DNA of 64,000 nucleotides from NCBI GenBank assembly GCA_017474515.1, contig JAFVHN010000036.1:1819-65818 (forward strand). The letters run 5' to 3'. The DNA comes from Prevotella sp. (lineage in GTDB: Bacteria; Bacteroidota; Bacteroidia; Bacteroidales; Bacteroidaceae). Of the stretch, positions 28,766 to 38,705 are shown one piece after another. The notes under the pieces were generated by a model. The model was not told the origin of the DNA. It saw only the letters and a list, made by a program, of their open reading frames with translations, and did no database searches. Position 1 is the stretch's first letter; every line of letters starts with the position of its first letter. The position numbers were made by a program, and so were the translations under genes.

Positions 28766-29962
28766 TCAGGTTTCATTTTTCTTCATCAGCCGCTTTGTGT
28801 GCATCAGTTCCTTGTGTAACTGTTCCATTCGCTCTTTCAACTGCTCCTGTGACGGCAACATATCTTTAATGCGAATGTTGTTGTACGTGGCAACCCCCAT
28901 AGGCGTAGTTATGCCCTTAAACGACCATTGTACATCCGATCTGTTCAAATCAGAACAGATTAACAGTCCAATAGTTGGGTTGTCATCGTGTTGTTTCAAT
29001 ATTTCGTCAACAGCATTCACATAGAAATTCAATTTTCCGGTAAATTCCGGTTCAAAGGCCCTTGCCTTTAATTCACAAACTATATAACAGCGTAAACGTA
29101 TATGGTAGAACAACAAATCTATTTTTCGTGTTCTGCCGCCCACAAGAATTTCCTTTTGCTTGCCTAAGAATGCGAAGCCGTTTCCCATTTCAAGCAGCAA
29201 TGCCGTAACGTTTTCATGAAGTGCCTTTTCCAACTCCCTCTCGTCGTATGTTTCGTGTTCTACCGTAGCAAATCCAAAATCATAGTTTTCTTTTACCACT
29301 TGTCCGGCCAGTACAGCCAGTTGCGGGGTCAAATGCTGCGGGAAATTGTTGGGGGCTTTGCCACGTTTATTATAAATATCATCCTTCATCACTCTTGAAA
29401 GTACATCGCGGCTTATGCCTTCTTTAATGGTATAACCCACATAAAACAAGGCTTCCTCGATGGATCGGGAATGTTGAACGATGCGAACATGATGTCCCCA
29501 CGGAACACATGCAAACGGCAGCGGAAATTCTGAAACAGGCTGTTTCAGAATTAGCGCTCTGTCATCATTAGGGAAGAGTTTTTTTTCATATTCGGCAGAC
29601 GGGAGCAATTCTGAAACAAGCTGTTTCAGTTTTTCCTTGTCCTCTGAATAGAACAGGTACCACTGCTTCATATACCACAGGTTCCTGACAGAAAAGTTTG
29701 TGCTGTCAGGAAACTCACGTTTCAAATCCAGGCTCACCTGTTCCACCACGCCGCTTCCCCAGCGTTCCTCAGCCTTTTTCTGCACGATGTCACGCCCCAG
29801 TTGCCAGTTGAACAACAGCTTTTCGCCATTGACCTTCAAGGCAGCCTTCACCTGAGCCGAACGGTAACGGAGTTTTACCTCTGCTATCCATTCTGAATAA
29901 TCTGCATCCAATTTTATGTCGTGCGACCTCACGAACTGTGGTTCGGTCATTATTTCTTCCAT
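28766..29962 (-). CDS. YhcG / DUF1016 PD-(D/E)XK nuclease-domain protein
   Basis: WGSGVVEQVSLDL, NLWYMKQWY, LLEMGNGFAFLG, IDLLFYH, ELK, GKLNFY and DNPTIGLLIC. TACCTTTG promoter at 30028-30035. Confidence 0.9.
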   Translation of the reverse strand: MEEIMTEPQFVRSHDIKLDADYSEWIAEVKLRYRSAQVKAALKVNGEKLLFNWQLGRDIVQKKAEERWGSGVVEQVSLDLKREFPDSTNFSVRNLWYMKQWYLFYSEDKEKLKQLVSELLPSAEYEKKLFPNDDRALILKQPVSEFPLPFACVPWGHHVRIVQHSRSIEEALFYVGYTIKEGISRDVLSRVMKDDIYNKRGKAPNNFPQHLTPQLAVLAGQVVKENYDFGFATVEHETYDERELEKALHENVTALLLEMGNGFAFLGKQKEILVGGRTRKIDLLFYHIRLRCYIVCELKARAFEPEFTGKLNFYVNAVDEILKQHDDNPTIGLLICSDLNRSDVQWSFKGITTPMGVATYNNIRIKDMLPSQEQLKERMEQLHKELMHTKRLMKKNET

Positions 29963-30380
29963 ATTGCTTATTGCTAAATGATAATTTGGAAAAACTCCTT
30001 GAACATTCTGGCCGTTTCTTTAGTTTGCAAAGGTAGCCATTTTTTAGTAAATAATGTGATTTAACAGAAAAAAAGACACGCACATTATAATATTATTCGA
30101 GATTTCGCTAATGGATGGAGTTCAGGAGATGCAGTAATTCAAGGGTTCAAGCTTTACTTATCATCCACTACATATTTTAAAAAGCTACACCCTCAGAACC
30201 GCTGCACGGACTCCCAAACTGCAAATCTCCTCATCTGCAAAAAAGAAAGGTGAATGCGACACTTGAATGATTACGTCCGTTTGTCTGTAATTATCAGAAA
30301 GTTGAAACGTAGCGGCGGGCTGCACCGCGCTACATTTCTGGCGGGGTTTGACGCAGTCCGGGGACAGTCGTTTTTGAGTC

Positions 30381-30520
30381 CTACTGCAGTCCAAACCGCA
30401 AACGGACTGGAGTCGGATGCGGTTTGGACTGGAGTCGGATGCCGTCTGGACTGGAGTCGGATGCCGTCTGGACTGGAGTCGGACGCCGTCTGGACTGGAG
30501 TCGGATGCCGTCTGGACTGG
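30381..30520. repeat. 22-bp tandem repeat (5 units plus a partial) with an upstream inverted arm
   Basis: GGACTGGAGTCGGATGCCGTCT-type units at 30404-30513 with no spacers. 30381-30400 is a near reverse-complement copy. Confidence 0.92.
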
Positions 30521-30730
30521 CGCCAACTGACGACGTGAGGGGCGGCAGTTGCCGGGAACGAGCTGCCGGATAAAGGGTTTAAGCCCGCCGATTTACTTAA
30601 AATGTATGAAGAAAAGGTAAAAAGGATGTTGCCGACGCATTAAATATTTTTAAATGTTGCAGCAAATCAAAATAAATGCGTATTTTTGCAGCTTGTAGAA
30701 ATACGACGTATTGCATTGATACATTCGCAG

Positions 30731-33700
30731 ATGAAGGCATTAGGACATATAGCCCGCGCTACGCTGTGGTGCCTCGCAGGGGTGTTTTTGGCCCTTGCGG
30801 TGCTGCTGCGTATCCCTGCCGTGCAACACAAGACGGCGCATTTCGTGTCGGACATGGTGGCCGACAAACTGGGCACGCGCTGCAATGTGGGCACGGTGTC
30901 GCTGGGTTTGGCAGGCCGCGTGGTGATAGACGACGTGGTGCTCTTCGACCAACGGGGCGACTCCTTGCTGTCGGCCTCGCGCATGAGTGTGAAAGTTGGC
31001 CTGGTGCCGCTCATGAGCGGCCGCATCTCCGTTTCCTCGGCGCAGCTGTTCGGCATGGATGCCCGCCTGGTGGACTTTGGCGACGGGCGGGCCGCCAACT
31101 ACCAGTTTGTGCTCGACTCACTGGCGCCGAAGGACAGCACCCGCCACAATCCGCTCCACCTGAACATCGGCTCGCTGATTATCCGCAGGGGGAAAGTGAG
31201 CTACGACAACCTTGCACAGCCCGCCACGCCGGGACTTTTCAACCGCAACCACCTGCGGCTGAGCGACATCAGCGCCCACGTAATGGTGCCCCTGCTGACG
31301 AAAGACTCCGCCTCGGTGAACCTCAAGAAGCTGTCGTTCAAGGAGCATTGCGGCCTCGACGTCAGGCATGCCCAGCTGAAGTTTGACTTTTCAGCCCCCG
31401 CCGCCAGCCCGAAGAGCGCGGGCGGAACGCCCGTAGATGCGGCCGCGGTGAGAGGCCGCGCCACCATCAGCGACCTGAAGGTGGAGCTGGCGCAGTCGGC
31501 GCTCGTCATGGACCATATTGCCGCCTCGTGCCAGATGAACGACGGGAAGCCCGACTTTTCAACCCTGAACTATGAGGCCGAAGTGAACGAATGCCGACTG
31601 TCGCCAAACGATATAAAATGCCTGGTGGCAGAAGCCGCCAACCTGCCCGACATGGAATTGCGGCTGAAAGCCTCGGTCAACGGCAACCACAGAAGGGTGA
31701 GCGTTGAAAATGTAGATATTTCTTCCTCGGGCAACGAACTGGACTTCAGGGGCAACCTGTCCGTGAGCGACTTTGGGAGAAACATGAAATGGGCTGCACA
31801 AATAGACGAACTGAGCGTTGCAACGCCCACGCTGCTTGGCAGTTATCCCTCACTGAACGCAGCCACCAGACTGGGCACGGCACGCTTCAATGGCACGGCA
31901 CGGGGCACGACCGAGAGCGCCGACCTCGACGGCGTTTTGAAGACCGACGCCGGCGAAATGACGCTACGGGCAGGGGTTGACGGCAACAGCTTCGGCGGCT
32001 CGTTCTCCACACCCGGCACCGACTTGGGAAAACTCCTTGACAACAGCGACCTCGGCACGGCAAGCGCCAACCTGCGCTTCGACGGACAACTGGACGGAAA
32101 GAAGCTGTCGGCACTGATCGTTGAGGGCACTGTGCCGCGTTTCGACTATAACCATTATTCTTATTCCAACATCACGGCCAACGGCACGTACCGCGGCGGA
32201 ACGTTCGACGGCGAGCTGGCCATGGACGACCCCAACGGCGCATTTACAGCCAGCGGCACCGTGAACTTGGGCGGCGCCACGCCCTCTGCCCTGCTCTCGC
32301 TGGCCTTGAAACGCCTGAACCCGCAACGCCTGCACCTCAGCGACAAACTCGGCAACGCAACGTTCAGCACCAATGTTGACGTCAACATGACCGGCAACTC
32401 GGCCGCCACGCTCAACGGAAACGTGACACTCAGCGATTTCAGGATGGAACGCACCGACGAGACGGGGCAGCTGAAGGTGTTCACCATGCAGCGGTGCGAC
32501 CTGGTTTCACAAACACAGAACGGGCGCAAAACCATCACACTCGACGGCGAGATAGGGCATGTGCAGCTGGAGGGCACCGCCGACCCAAACACCATCGGGC
32601 AAAGCGTGATGTACCTGCTGGGAACCAAGTTGCCCACATTCCCCGGACTGAAACACGTGGCCACGGCTCCCGGCAACAACTTCACGCTGGATGCCATCAT
32701 CAACAGGAGCGACTGGCTGGATGCCATCTTCCAAATTCCGCTACGCTTCGACCAGCCCGTAACGGTTCACGGCACGCTGAACGACCGGCAGAACACCATT
32801 GCCCTGAACATGGAAATGCCGTCGTTCCACTACGACGACAGCAGCTACGGCAACGCCAGACTCAGCCTTTCAACCACCGACAACGGAAACATAGAGGCTG
32901 CCAGCACCCTCAGGAAGCACATGGACAACGGCATACCCCTCGATATTAAGCTGAACGCCACTGCCGGCGAGAACCTCATAGAGTCGTCGGTGGCATGGAC
33001 GCACCAGGGGAAACAGCCCGTGAGCGGGTCGCTGAACACCACCACGAAACTGATGCGCAACGAATTTGGCGTGGACGTGGCGCAAATGAGCGTTCACCCC
33101 TCCGAGATAAAGGTCAACGACACCATCTGGCACGTCAAGCCTTCGTTTGTGGAATACAGCAAGAAAAACCTGCTGGTGAACGACTTCGCCATTGAGCACA
33201 ACAAGCAGCACATAGCGGTTTCGGGAAAGGCAAGCACCAACAGCATGGACTCGCTCACCGTTGACCTGCACAACGTCAACGTGAACTACATTCTCGACCT
33301 CGTCAATTTCCATTCCGTGGAATTCAGCGGCTACGCCACGGGAACGGCAACGGTGAAGTCGGCATTCGGCACCCCCGATGCCCAGGCCCGCCTTACCGTC
33401 AGCGACTTCAGGTTCCAAGGCGGCAGGATGGGCAAGCTCGTGGCCGACGCACGATACAACAACACGGCCAAGCAAATAGACATCATGGCCGGAATAGACG
33501 ACGAAGAAAAGGGGCACACCGACGTGACGGGATATGTTTCGCCGGCACGCAACTACATCGACCTCGACATCACGGCACACGGCACACGGCTGGAGTTCCT
33601 CGAAGGATTCTGTAAAAGCTTCATGAGCGACGTGGAAGCCACCGGCGTAGGGTCGGTCAACCTCTATGGCGACTTGAAAAACATCAACCTCAAGGGCAAC

Positions 33701-35131
33701 ATCGTGGCAAACGGCGGACTGCGCCTCACGCCGCTCAATACGCACTACACCCTGCGGAACGACACCATAAGGCTCATTCCCAACGAAATCATCTTCGAGC
33801 GCGACACCGTGAACGACGCCGCCGGGCACATTGCCATCGTGGAGGGAGCACTGCATCACAAATACCTGAAAAAACTTACCTACGACCTAGACATCCGCGC
33901 CAACAACCTGCTCTGCTACGACCGGCAGTCATACGGCGACGACACTTTCTTCGGCAAAATCTTCGCCACCGGCACATGCAGGATAAAGGGCAGAAGCGGG
34001 CGAATCGACATCGACATCGAGGCGACTCCCCAGCGCAACTCCTTCATAGAATACGACGCGGCAAGCCCCGACGCCATCTCCAACCAGGAGTTCATCACCT
34101 GGCAGGCACCCACGGCGGCAGGTCCCGTGGCAGCTGACGACGATGACGACGACATCTCCTCCGACATGCACATCAACTTTCTTATCAATGCCAACCCGTT
34201 GTTCACACTAAGGCTCCTCATGGACAAGGGAAGCGGCGACAAGATAGCGCTCAACGGCTCGGGAACCATCAGGGCATCTTATTACAACAAAGGGGCGTTC
34301 GACATGTTCGGAAACTTCCTCGTTGACCATGGCACCTACAGGCTCACCATCCAGAACATGATGAAACGCGAGTTCCAGTTCCAAAGCGGCGGCACCATCG
34401 TCTTCGGCGGCAACGCCTACAATGCCACGCTTAACCTGCCGGCCATCTACACCCTCAACGGCGTGTCGCTCAGCGACTTGCAGATAGGAAGGTCGTTTTC
34501 CTCGAACAATGTGAGGGTTGACTGCCTGATGAACATCACCGGCTCGCCGCTCGCGCCCCATGTGGAGTTCGACCTCGACATGCCCACCGTGAACTCAGAC
34601 GCCAAGCAGATGGTGCGCTCGCTCATCAACAGCGAGGAAGAAATGAACCAGCAGGTCATCTATCTCCTCTCCATAGGGCGTTTCTACAACCCCGACATCA
34701 ACAACGCCGAGCAAAATGCCTCGCAGACATCACTGGCCATGCAGAGCCTGCTGAGCGGTACAATCAGCCAGCAGATTAACAACGTGCTGGGAACATTTGT
34801 CAACTCCAGCAACTGGAACTTCGGCGCAAACATATCGACCGGCAACGAAGGCTTCTACAACGCAGAGTATGAGGGACTGCTCTCGGGACGGCTGCTCAAC
34901 AACCGGCTGCTCATCAACGGGCAGTTCGGATACCGCGACAACCCCAATGCCACAAGCTCCTTCATCGGAGATTTCGACATACGATACCTGCTGCTGCCCA
35001 ACGGAAATATCGCCGTAAAGGTGTATAACCAGACCAACGACAGGTATTTCACACGCAACAGCCTCAACACGCAGGGCGTGGGACTCATCCTGAAGAAAGA
35101 CTTCAACGGCTGGAAAGACCTGTTTAAATAA
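30731..35131 (+). CDS. tamB: Translocation/assembly module TamB (DUF490) family protein
   Basis: N-terminal membrane anchor, ~1450-aa beta-rich body and C-terminal LLNNRLLINGQFGYR...GDFDIRYLL...QGVGLILKKDF. TATTTTTG promoter at 30681-30688. Confidence 0.85.
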   Translation: MKALGHIARATLWCLAGVFLALAVLLRIPAVQHKTAHFVSDMVADKLGTRCNVGTVSLGLAGRVVIDDVVLFDQRGDSLLSASRMSVKVGLVPLMSGRISVSSAQLFGMDARLVDFGDGRAANYQFVLDSLAPKDSTRHNPLHLNIGSLIIRRGKVSYDNLAQPATPGLFNRNHLRLSDISAHVMVPLLTKDSASVNLKKLSFKEHCGLDVRHAQLKFDFSAPAASPKSAGGTPVDAAAVRGRATISDLKVELAQSALVMDHIAASCQMNDGKPDFSTLNYEAEVNECRLSPNDIKCLVAEAANLPDMELRLKASVNGNHRRVSVENVDISSSGNELDFRGNLSVSDFGRNMKWAAQIDELSVATPTLLGSYPSLNAATRLGTARFNGTARGTTESADLDGVLKTDAGEMTLRAGVDGNSFGGSFSTPGTDLGKLLDNSDLGTASANLRFDGQLDGKKLSALIVEGTVPRFDYNHYSYSNITANGTYRGGTFDGELAMDDPNGAFTASGTVNLGGATPSALLSLALKRLNPQRLHLSDKLGNATFSTNVDVNMTGNSAATLNGNVTLSDFRMERTDETGQLKVFTMQRCDLVSQTQNGRKTITLDGEIGHVQLEGTADPNTIGQSVMYLLGTKLPTFPGLKHVATAPGNNFTLDAIINRSDWLDAIFQIPLRFDQPVTVHGTLNDRQNTIALNMEMPSFHYDDSSYGNARLSLSTTDNGNIEAASTLRKHMDNGIPLDIKLNATAGENLIESSVAWTHQGKQPVSGSLNTTTKLMRNEFGVDVAQMSVHPSEIKVNDTIWHVKPSFVEYSKKNLLVNDFAIEHNKQHIAVSGKASTNSMDSLTVDLHNVNVNYILDLVNFHSVEFSGYATGTATVKSAFGTPDAQARLTVSDFRFQGGRMGKLVADARYNNTAKQIDIMAGIDDEEKGHTDVTGYVSPARNYIDLDITAHGTRLEFLEGFCKSFMSDVEATGVGSVNLYGDLKNINLKGNIVANGGLRLTPLNTHYTLRNDTIRLIPNEIIFERDTVNDAAGHIAIVEGALHHKYLKKLTYDLDIRANNLLCYDRQSYGDDTFFGKIFATGTCRIKGRSGRIDIDIEATPQRNSFIEYDAASPDAISNQEFITWQAPTAAGPVAADDDDDDISSDMHINFLINANPLFTLRLLMDKGSGDKIALNGSGTIRASYYNKGAFDMFGNFLVDHGTYRLTIQNMMKREFQFQSGGTIVFGGNAYNATLNLPAIYTLNGVSLSDLQIGRSFSSNNVRVDCLMNITGSPLAPHVEFDLDMPTVNSDAKQMVRSLINSEEEMNQQVIYLLSIGRFYNPDINNAEQNASQTSLAMQSLLSGTISQQINNVLGTFVNSSNWNFGANISTGNEGFYNAEYEGLLSGRLLNNRLLINGQFGYRDNPNATSSFIGDFDIRYLLLPNGNIAVKVYNQTNDRYFTRNSLNTQGVGLILKKDFNGWKDLFK

Positions 35132-35179
35132 TGAAAGCCGCAGTGTCACGCCCTCATTCTTCATCTTCCAAATCTCATA

Positions 35180-36841
35180 ATGAACATGTTTGACCAGAAA
35201 CGCAGAACAATCATCATGGCCCTGGGCTCCAACCACAATACCAAGGCAAACATAGAGAAAGCGCGCATACTGCTGCGCGATCTTTTTCCCGATGACCTCA
35301 CCTTCTCGGAAGAGATGAAGACTGAACCCGTGGACAGCGACGGGCCCCACTACGTCAACCTCATTGCCGTGGCCCAGTCGTCATTGCGCCTGCCCGAAAT
35401 CAGGAAGGCCCTCAGCCACATTGAACGACTCTGCGGAAACACTGCCGAGAAGCGCAACAACGGAATGGTGGAAATGGACATCGACATCCTGCGGTGGGGC
35501 AACAAGCGCTATCACCTGGCCGATTGGGAACGGTCGTATATCAAGGAACTGCTCGCCACGCTCGAATTGCCCAAGAAGTTCCTGGCCTTGCTGCTGACAC
35601 TGGTGACGCTCACCCTGGGTGCGCAGGACTTCAACGCCCATTTCACCGACCAGACACTGCGCCTCGACTATATCTTTGCCGGCGATGCCGACACGCAGGC
35701 CATCTATCTCGACGAAATGCACACGTCGCCGCGATGGTTCGGAAAGCGCGCCCGGCTGAAAGAGGTGCCCGTTCAGGGAAACGGACAAATCATCGTGAGA
35801 AGCCACAATTCCACCGACACCATCTACCGCAACTCTTTTTCCACGCTCTTTCAGGAATGGCTCAGCTACGACGAGGCCAAAAGCCAGAAACGGTCGTTCC
35901 AGAACGTGTTTCTCATTCCCATGCCGCGCCACGCCGTTGACATTACCGTTCAACTCTACAACAACCGCAGGGAGACGTGCGCAGAACTCACGCACACCGT
36001 TGACCCCGACGACATTCTCATCAGGAAACATCCCTGCCAGGCCGTCACGCCTTACCAAACCGTGCAGCAGGCCGCCGACACCTCGCGCTGCATACGCGTG
36101 GCCTTCGTGGCCGAGGGATACAGGCAAGACGAGATGCAAACGTTTTTGCGCGACACACAAGATGCCGTTGAGGCGCTTTTCTCCCACGAGCCGTTCAAGA
36201 GGCTGAGGTCACGGTTCAACATCGTAGCCGTAAAAGCACTGTCGGAAGACAGCGGAACGAGCATCCCTTCGCAGGGAATTTGGAAAAATACCGCCCTCAA
36301 TTCACACTTCGACACTTTCTATAGCGAAAGATACCTGACGACACTTCAGATCAAGCAGTTACACGACTGTCTGACGGGCATCCCTTACGAGCATATCATC
36401 ATTTTGGTGAATACCGACAACTATGGCGGCGGGGGCATCCTCAACTCCTATAACCTGGCTGCGGCCCATCACCCGCAGTTCAAGCCCGTTGTCGTTCACG
36501 AGTTCGGGCACAGCTTTGCCGGACTGGCCGACGAATACGCTTACGAAGGCGAACAAATTCCCATGTACCCCACCGACGTGGAGCCGTGGGAACCCAACAT
36601 CACCACAAATGTCGATTTCAGCGGCAAGTGGGAAAATCTCATCTCTAATGGCACGCCGCTGCCCACTCCCGAAGAAGCACGCTACAAGAAAGCCGTCGGG
36701 CTCTTCGAAGGAGCCGGCTACAGCCTCAAAGGGGTGTTCCGGCCCATGCAGGATTGCAGGATGAAGACAAACAGCGAACCCGAATTTTGCACCGTCTGCC
36801 AGAAAGCCATCAAGCGGCTCATTGACTTCTACACCGAATAA
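35180..36841 (+). CDS. In-frame fusion of a FolK (HPPK)-like domain and an M64 family (IgA peptidase-like) metallopeptidase
   Basis: aa 1-125: ALGSN, YVN, IERLCG, DIDIL (HPPK). aa 130-148: signal-peptide-like segment. Then TLRLDYIFAGD, YGGGGI, HEFGHSFAGLADEY and CRM...FCTVC (M64). Confidence 0.82.
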   Translation: MNMFDQKRRTIIMALGSNHNTKANIEKARILLRDLFPDDLTFSEEMKTEPVDSDGPHYVNLIAVAQSSLRLPEIRKALSHIERLCGNTAEKRNNGMVEMDIDILRWGNKRYHLADWERSYIKELLATLELPKKFLALLLTLVTLTLGAQDFNAHFTDQTLRLDYIFAGDADTQAIYLDEMHTSPRWFGKRARLKEVPVQGNGQIIVRSHNSTDTIYRNSFSTLFQEWLSYDEAKSQKRSFQNVFLIPMPRHAVDITVQLYNNRRETCAELTHTVDPDDILIRKHPCQAVTPYQTVQQAADTSRCIRVAFVAEGYRQDEMQTFLRDTQDAVEALFSHEPFKRLRSRFNIVAVKALSEDSGTSIPSQGIWKNTALNSHFDTFYSERYLTTLQIKQLHDCLTGIPYEHIIILVNTDNYGGGGILNSYNLAAAHHPQFKPVVVHEFGHSFAGLADEYAYEGEQIPMYPTDVEPWEPNITTNVDFSGKWENLISNGTPLPTPEEARYKKAVGLFEGAGYSLKGVFRPMQDCRMKTNSEPEFCTVCQKAIKRLIDFYTE

Positions 36842-36868
36842 GATTATTATTAACATAAAGAATTGATT

Positions 36869-37324
36869 ATGCGACAACTAACGCGAATTACTACAGCACT
36901 GCTTCTATGGGGCATGCTGCTTGTTCCCGCCGTTGCCTATGCACAGTTGGACGACGTTCCGGGCATCGACGACTTCGACTGGAACCCTGTAATGAATGCC
37001 ATTATTGAACACGAAAGCAAGGGGAACCCCAATGTTGTTTCAGGGCAATACGTGGGATGCATGCAGATTTCTCCCGTCCTGGTAAGAGGCATCAACCTTA
37101 TCTTGCAGAAACGCGGCTGCGCACGCCGTTACACACTCAACGACCGCCGCAGCATTGAAAAGTCGAAAGAGATGTTCATTATCATGATGTCGGAATACAA
37201 TCCCCAGCACGACATCGACAGGGCCATCCGGCTGTGGGCGGGCGGTCCCGGCTACAGCGTGAGGGGAACCCAGAAGCATGTCAACAACATCAGGGCCATC
37301 ATGCGGCGACAGGCGGGAAAGTGA
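36869..37324 (+). CDS. Small secreted lytic transglycosylase (SLT-like)
   Basis: Signal peptide ending YA|Q, AIIEHESKG catalytic-Glu motif, GCMQI and AIRLWAGG. Confidence 0.75.
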   Translation: MRQLTRITTALLLWGMLLVPAVAYAQLDDVPGIDDFDWNPVMNAIIEHESKGNPNVVSGQYVGCMQISPVLVRGINLILQKRGCARRYTLNDRRSIEKSKEMFIIMMSEYNPQHDIDRAIRLWAGGPGYSVRGTQKHVNNIRAIMRRQAGK

Positions 37325-37406
37325 AGCCCCCCTCATGTCCCCCCATTGGGGGGAAGACGTACGACGGTTTACTCTCTCCTCCTTACGGGAGGGGCCGGGG
37401 GTTGGC
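37324..37406 (+). repeat. REP-like GC-rich double-hairpin element, copy A
   Basis: AGCCCCCCTC...CCCCCCATTGGGGGGAAGACGTACG...CGGGAGGGGCCGGGGGTTGGC. Reverse-complement homologue at 43019-43098. Confidence 0.8.
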
Positions 37407-37440
37407 CACTATCATTTTTCAATTAGCAAAGCGCATCCCC

Positions 37441-38388
37441 ATGCAATACCTTGGTGAAATTATCTCTTTGGGAGTAGCCTGTTCCTGGACTGTGGCAGCC
37501 CTGGCCAGTGAAATTGGAAGCCGCCATCTGGGGGTGTTCGTCATGAACGTGTGGCGCATGGCGCTGGCATTGGCTTTTTCAATGCTGCTGATGTGGTTTT
37601 TCACAGGCTCTCCCCTACCCCTCCATGCCGGACTCAGGGCATGGTGCTGGCTGTTGGCTTCGGGCGTGATTGGCTATTTCTTCGGCGACTGGTGCCTCTT
37701 CAACAGCTATCTCACCATAGGCTCACGCATGGGACAGCTTTTCATGACCCTTGCGCCGGCAGTGGCGGCGGTGTTCGCCTACTTTATGCTTCACCAGACA
37801 TTGCGCCCCCAGAGCATCGTGGCCATTGCCGTCACGCTGACGGGCATCGCCATTTCTGTGTTCGACAAGAAAGCCATTCCCTCGTCGGGGAAAAACGAAG
37901 GCCGATTGCCTTTGTCGGGAAAAGGCATTCTCTTTGGACTGGGAGCGGCTTTGGGACAGGGCTGGGGACTGGTTTTGAGCAAAGTGGGGCTCGATTACTA
38001 CACGGCCGGAGTGCCTCCGCAGCAGCTGCCCATGATGGAAAACGTGCTGCCGTTTGGCGCCAACCTCATCAGGTGCGTGGCCGGACTGCTGTGCTTCACG
38101 GCGTGGCTGCTGATAAGCGGCAAAGGGAAAGAGCTGCCAAAAAGCGTCCGCGACCGGCGCGGCATGGCAGCCATGCTGGTGGCCGTGGTGTCGGGACCGT
38201 TCATCGGCGTGGGCTTCTCGCTCATGGCCGTGCAACATACCGCGGCCGGCATTGCCAGCACACTGATGGCCATGACACCTATTATTATATTGTTACCCTC
38301 GCGCTATTTGTTCAACCAACCCATTACGAAAAAGAGCGTGGCGGGAGCCGTGGTGTCGTGCATCGGGGTGGCGCTGTTCTTCCTATGA
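37441..38388 (+). CDS. DMT/EamA family transporter
   Basis: About ten hydrophobic segments in two EamA-like halves. Start at MQYLGEIISL. Confidence 0.9.
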   Translation: MQYLGEIISLGVACSWTVAALASEIGSRHLGVFVMNVWRMALALAFSMLLMWFFTGSPLPLHAGLRAWCWLLASGVIGYFFGDWCLFNSYLTIGSRMGQLFMTLAPAVAAVFAYFMLHQTLRPQSIVAIAVTLTGIAISVFDKKAIPSSGKNEGRLPLSGKGILFGLGAALGQGWGLVLSKVGLDYYTAGVPPQQLPMMENVLPFGANLIRCVAGLLCFTAWLLISGKGKELPKSVRDRRGMAAMLVAVVSGPFIGVGFSLMAVQHTAAGIASTLMAMTPIIILLPSRYLFNQPITKKSVAGAVVSCIGVALFFL

Positions 38389-38450
38389 CACCAAAAGGGA
38401 AGAGAAAAGCCTATTCTTCGGGACTCTCCGAAAAAAAGAACGTCGAAATA

Positions 38451-38482
38451 TTTGGAAGTTTCAGGAATATTATTTACCTTTG
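38451..38482 (+). promoter_or_regulatory. Promoter of the 6S-like RNA (and probably ribE)
   Basis: TTTG (38451-38454), 20-nt spacer, TACCTTTG (38475-38482). Confidence 0.75.
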
Positions 38483-38494
38483 CAGCATACAAAC

Positions 38495-38676
38495 AGAGGT
38501 CGTATTGATTCGATCGGGATACTCATCAAATAATATTGGAAACCGGGATAGGTCTTTTGCCAATGGCGGGCCACAATAAGCCTGAAAAGGTAAGCTGTAA
38601 AGCCGGTGGATTACAAAGGCGGAGGCTTCTCAAATCTTTGATACTCGGAGTTTCATCACATCATCATGCGACCTCT
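38495..38676 (+). ncRNA. ssrS: Probable 6S RNA (Bacteroidales-1 RNA motif type)
   Basis: About 180 nt. The 5' AGAGGTCGTAT pairs with the 3' ATGCGACCTCT, with further rod-like pairing (ATCAAA/TTTGAT), its own promoter and a trailing U-tract. Resembles the Bacteroidales-1 motif as I recall it. Confidence 0.72.
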
Positions 38677-38705
38677 TTCTTTTTTCCCACAATTATCCAA
38701 GGTTT

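Noticed and set aside
30404-30520. CRISPR array
   Set aside because: Units are contiguous 22-mers with no unique spacers, and there are no cas genes in the window.
30185-30538. ORFs of 113 aa and 94 aa with repeated peptides
   Set aside because: These are translations of the 22-bp tandem array, with no credible start context.
37234-37440. 69-aa N-terminal extension of the DMT transporter
   Set aside because: It runs through the upstream gene and a REP-like element. ATG 37441 gives a normal-length EamA protein. Similar over-extended starts were trimmed for dcu, carB, purF, dapA, tamB and addA.
38495-38700. FMN riboswitch upstream of ribE
   Set aside because: The RFN consensus blocks are absent. 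End-to-end pairing and length fit a 6S-type RNA better.
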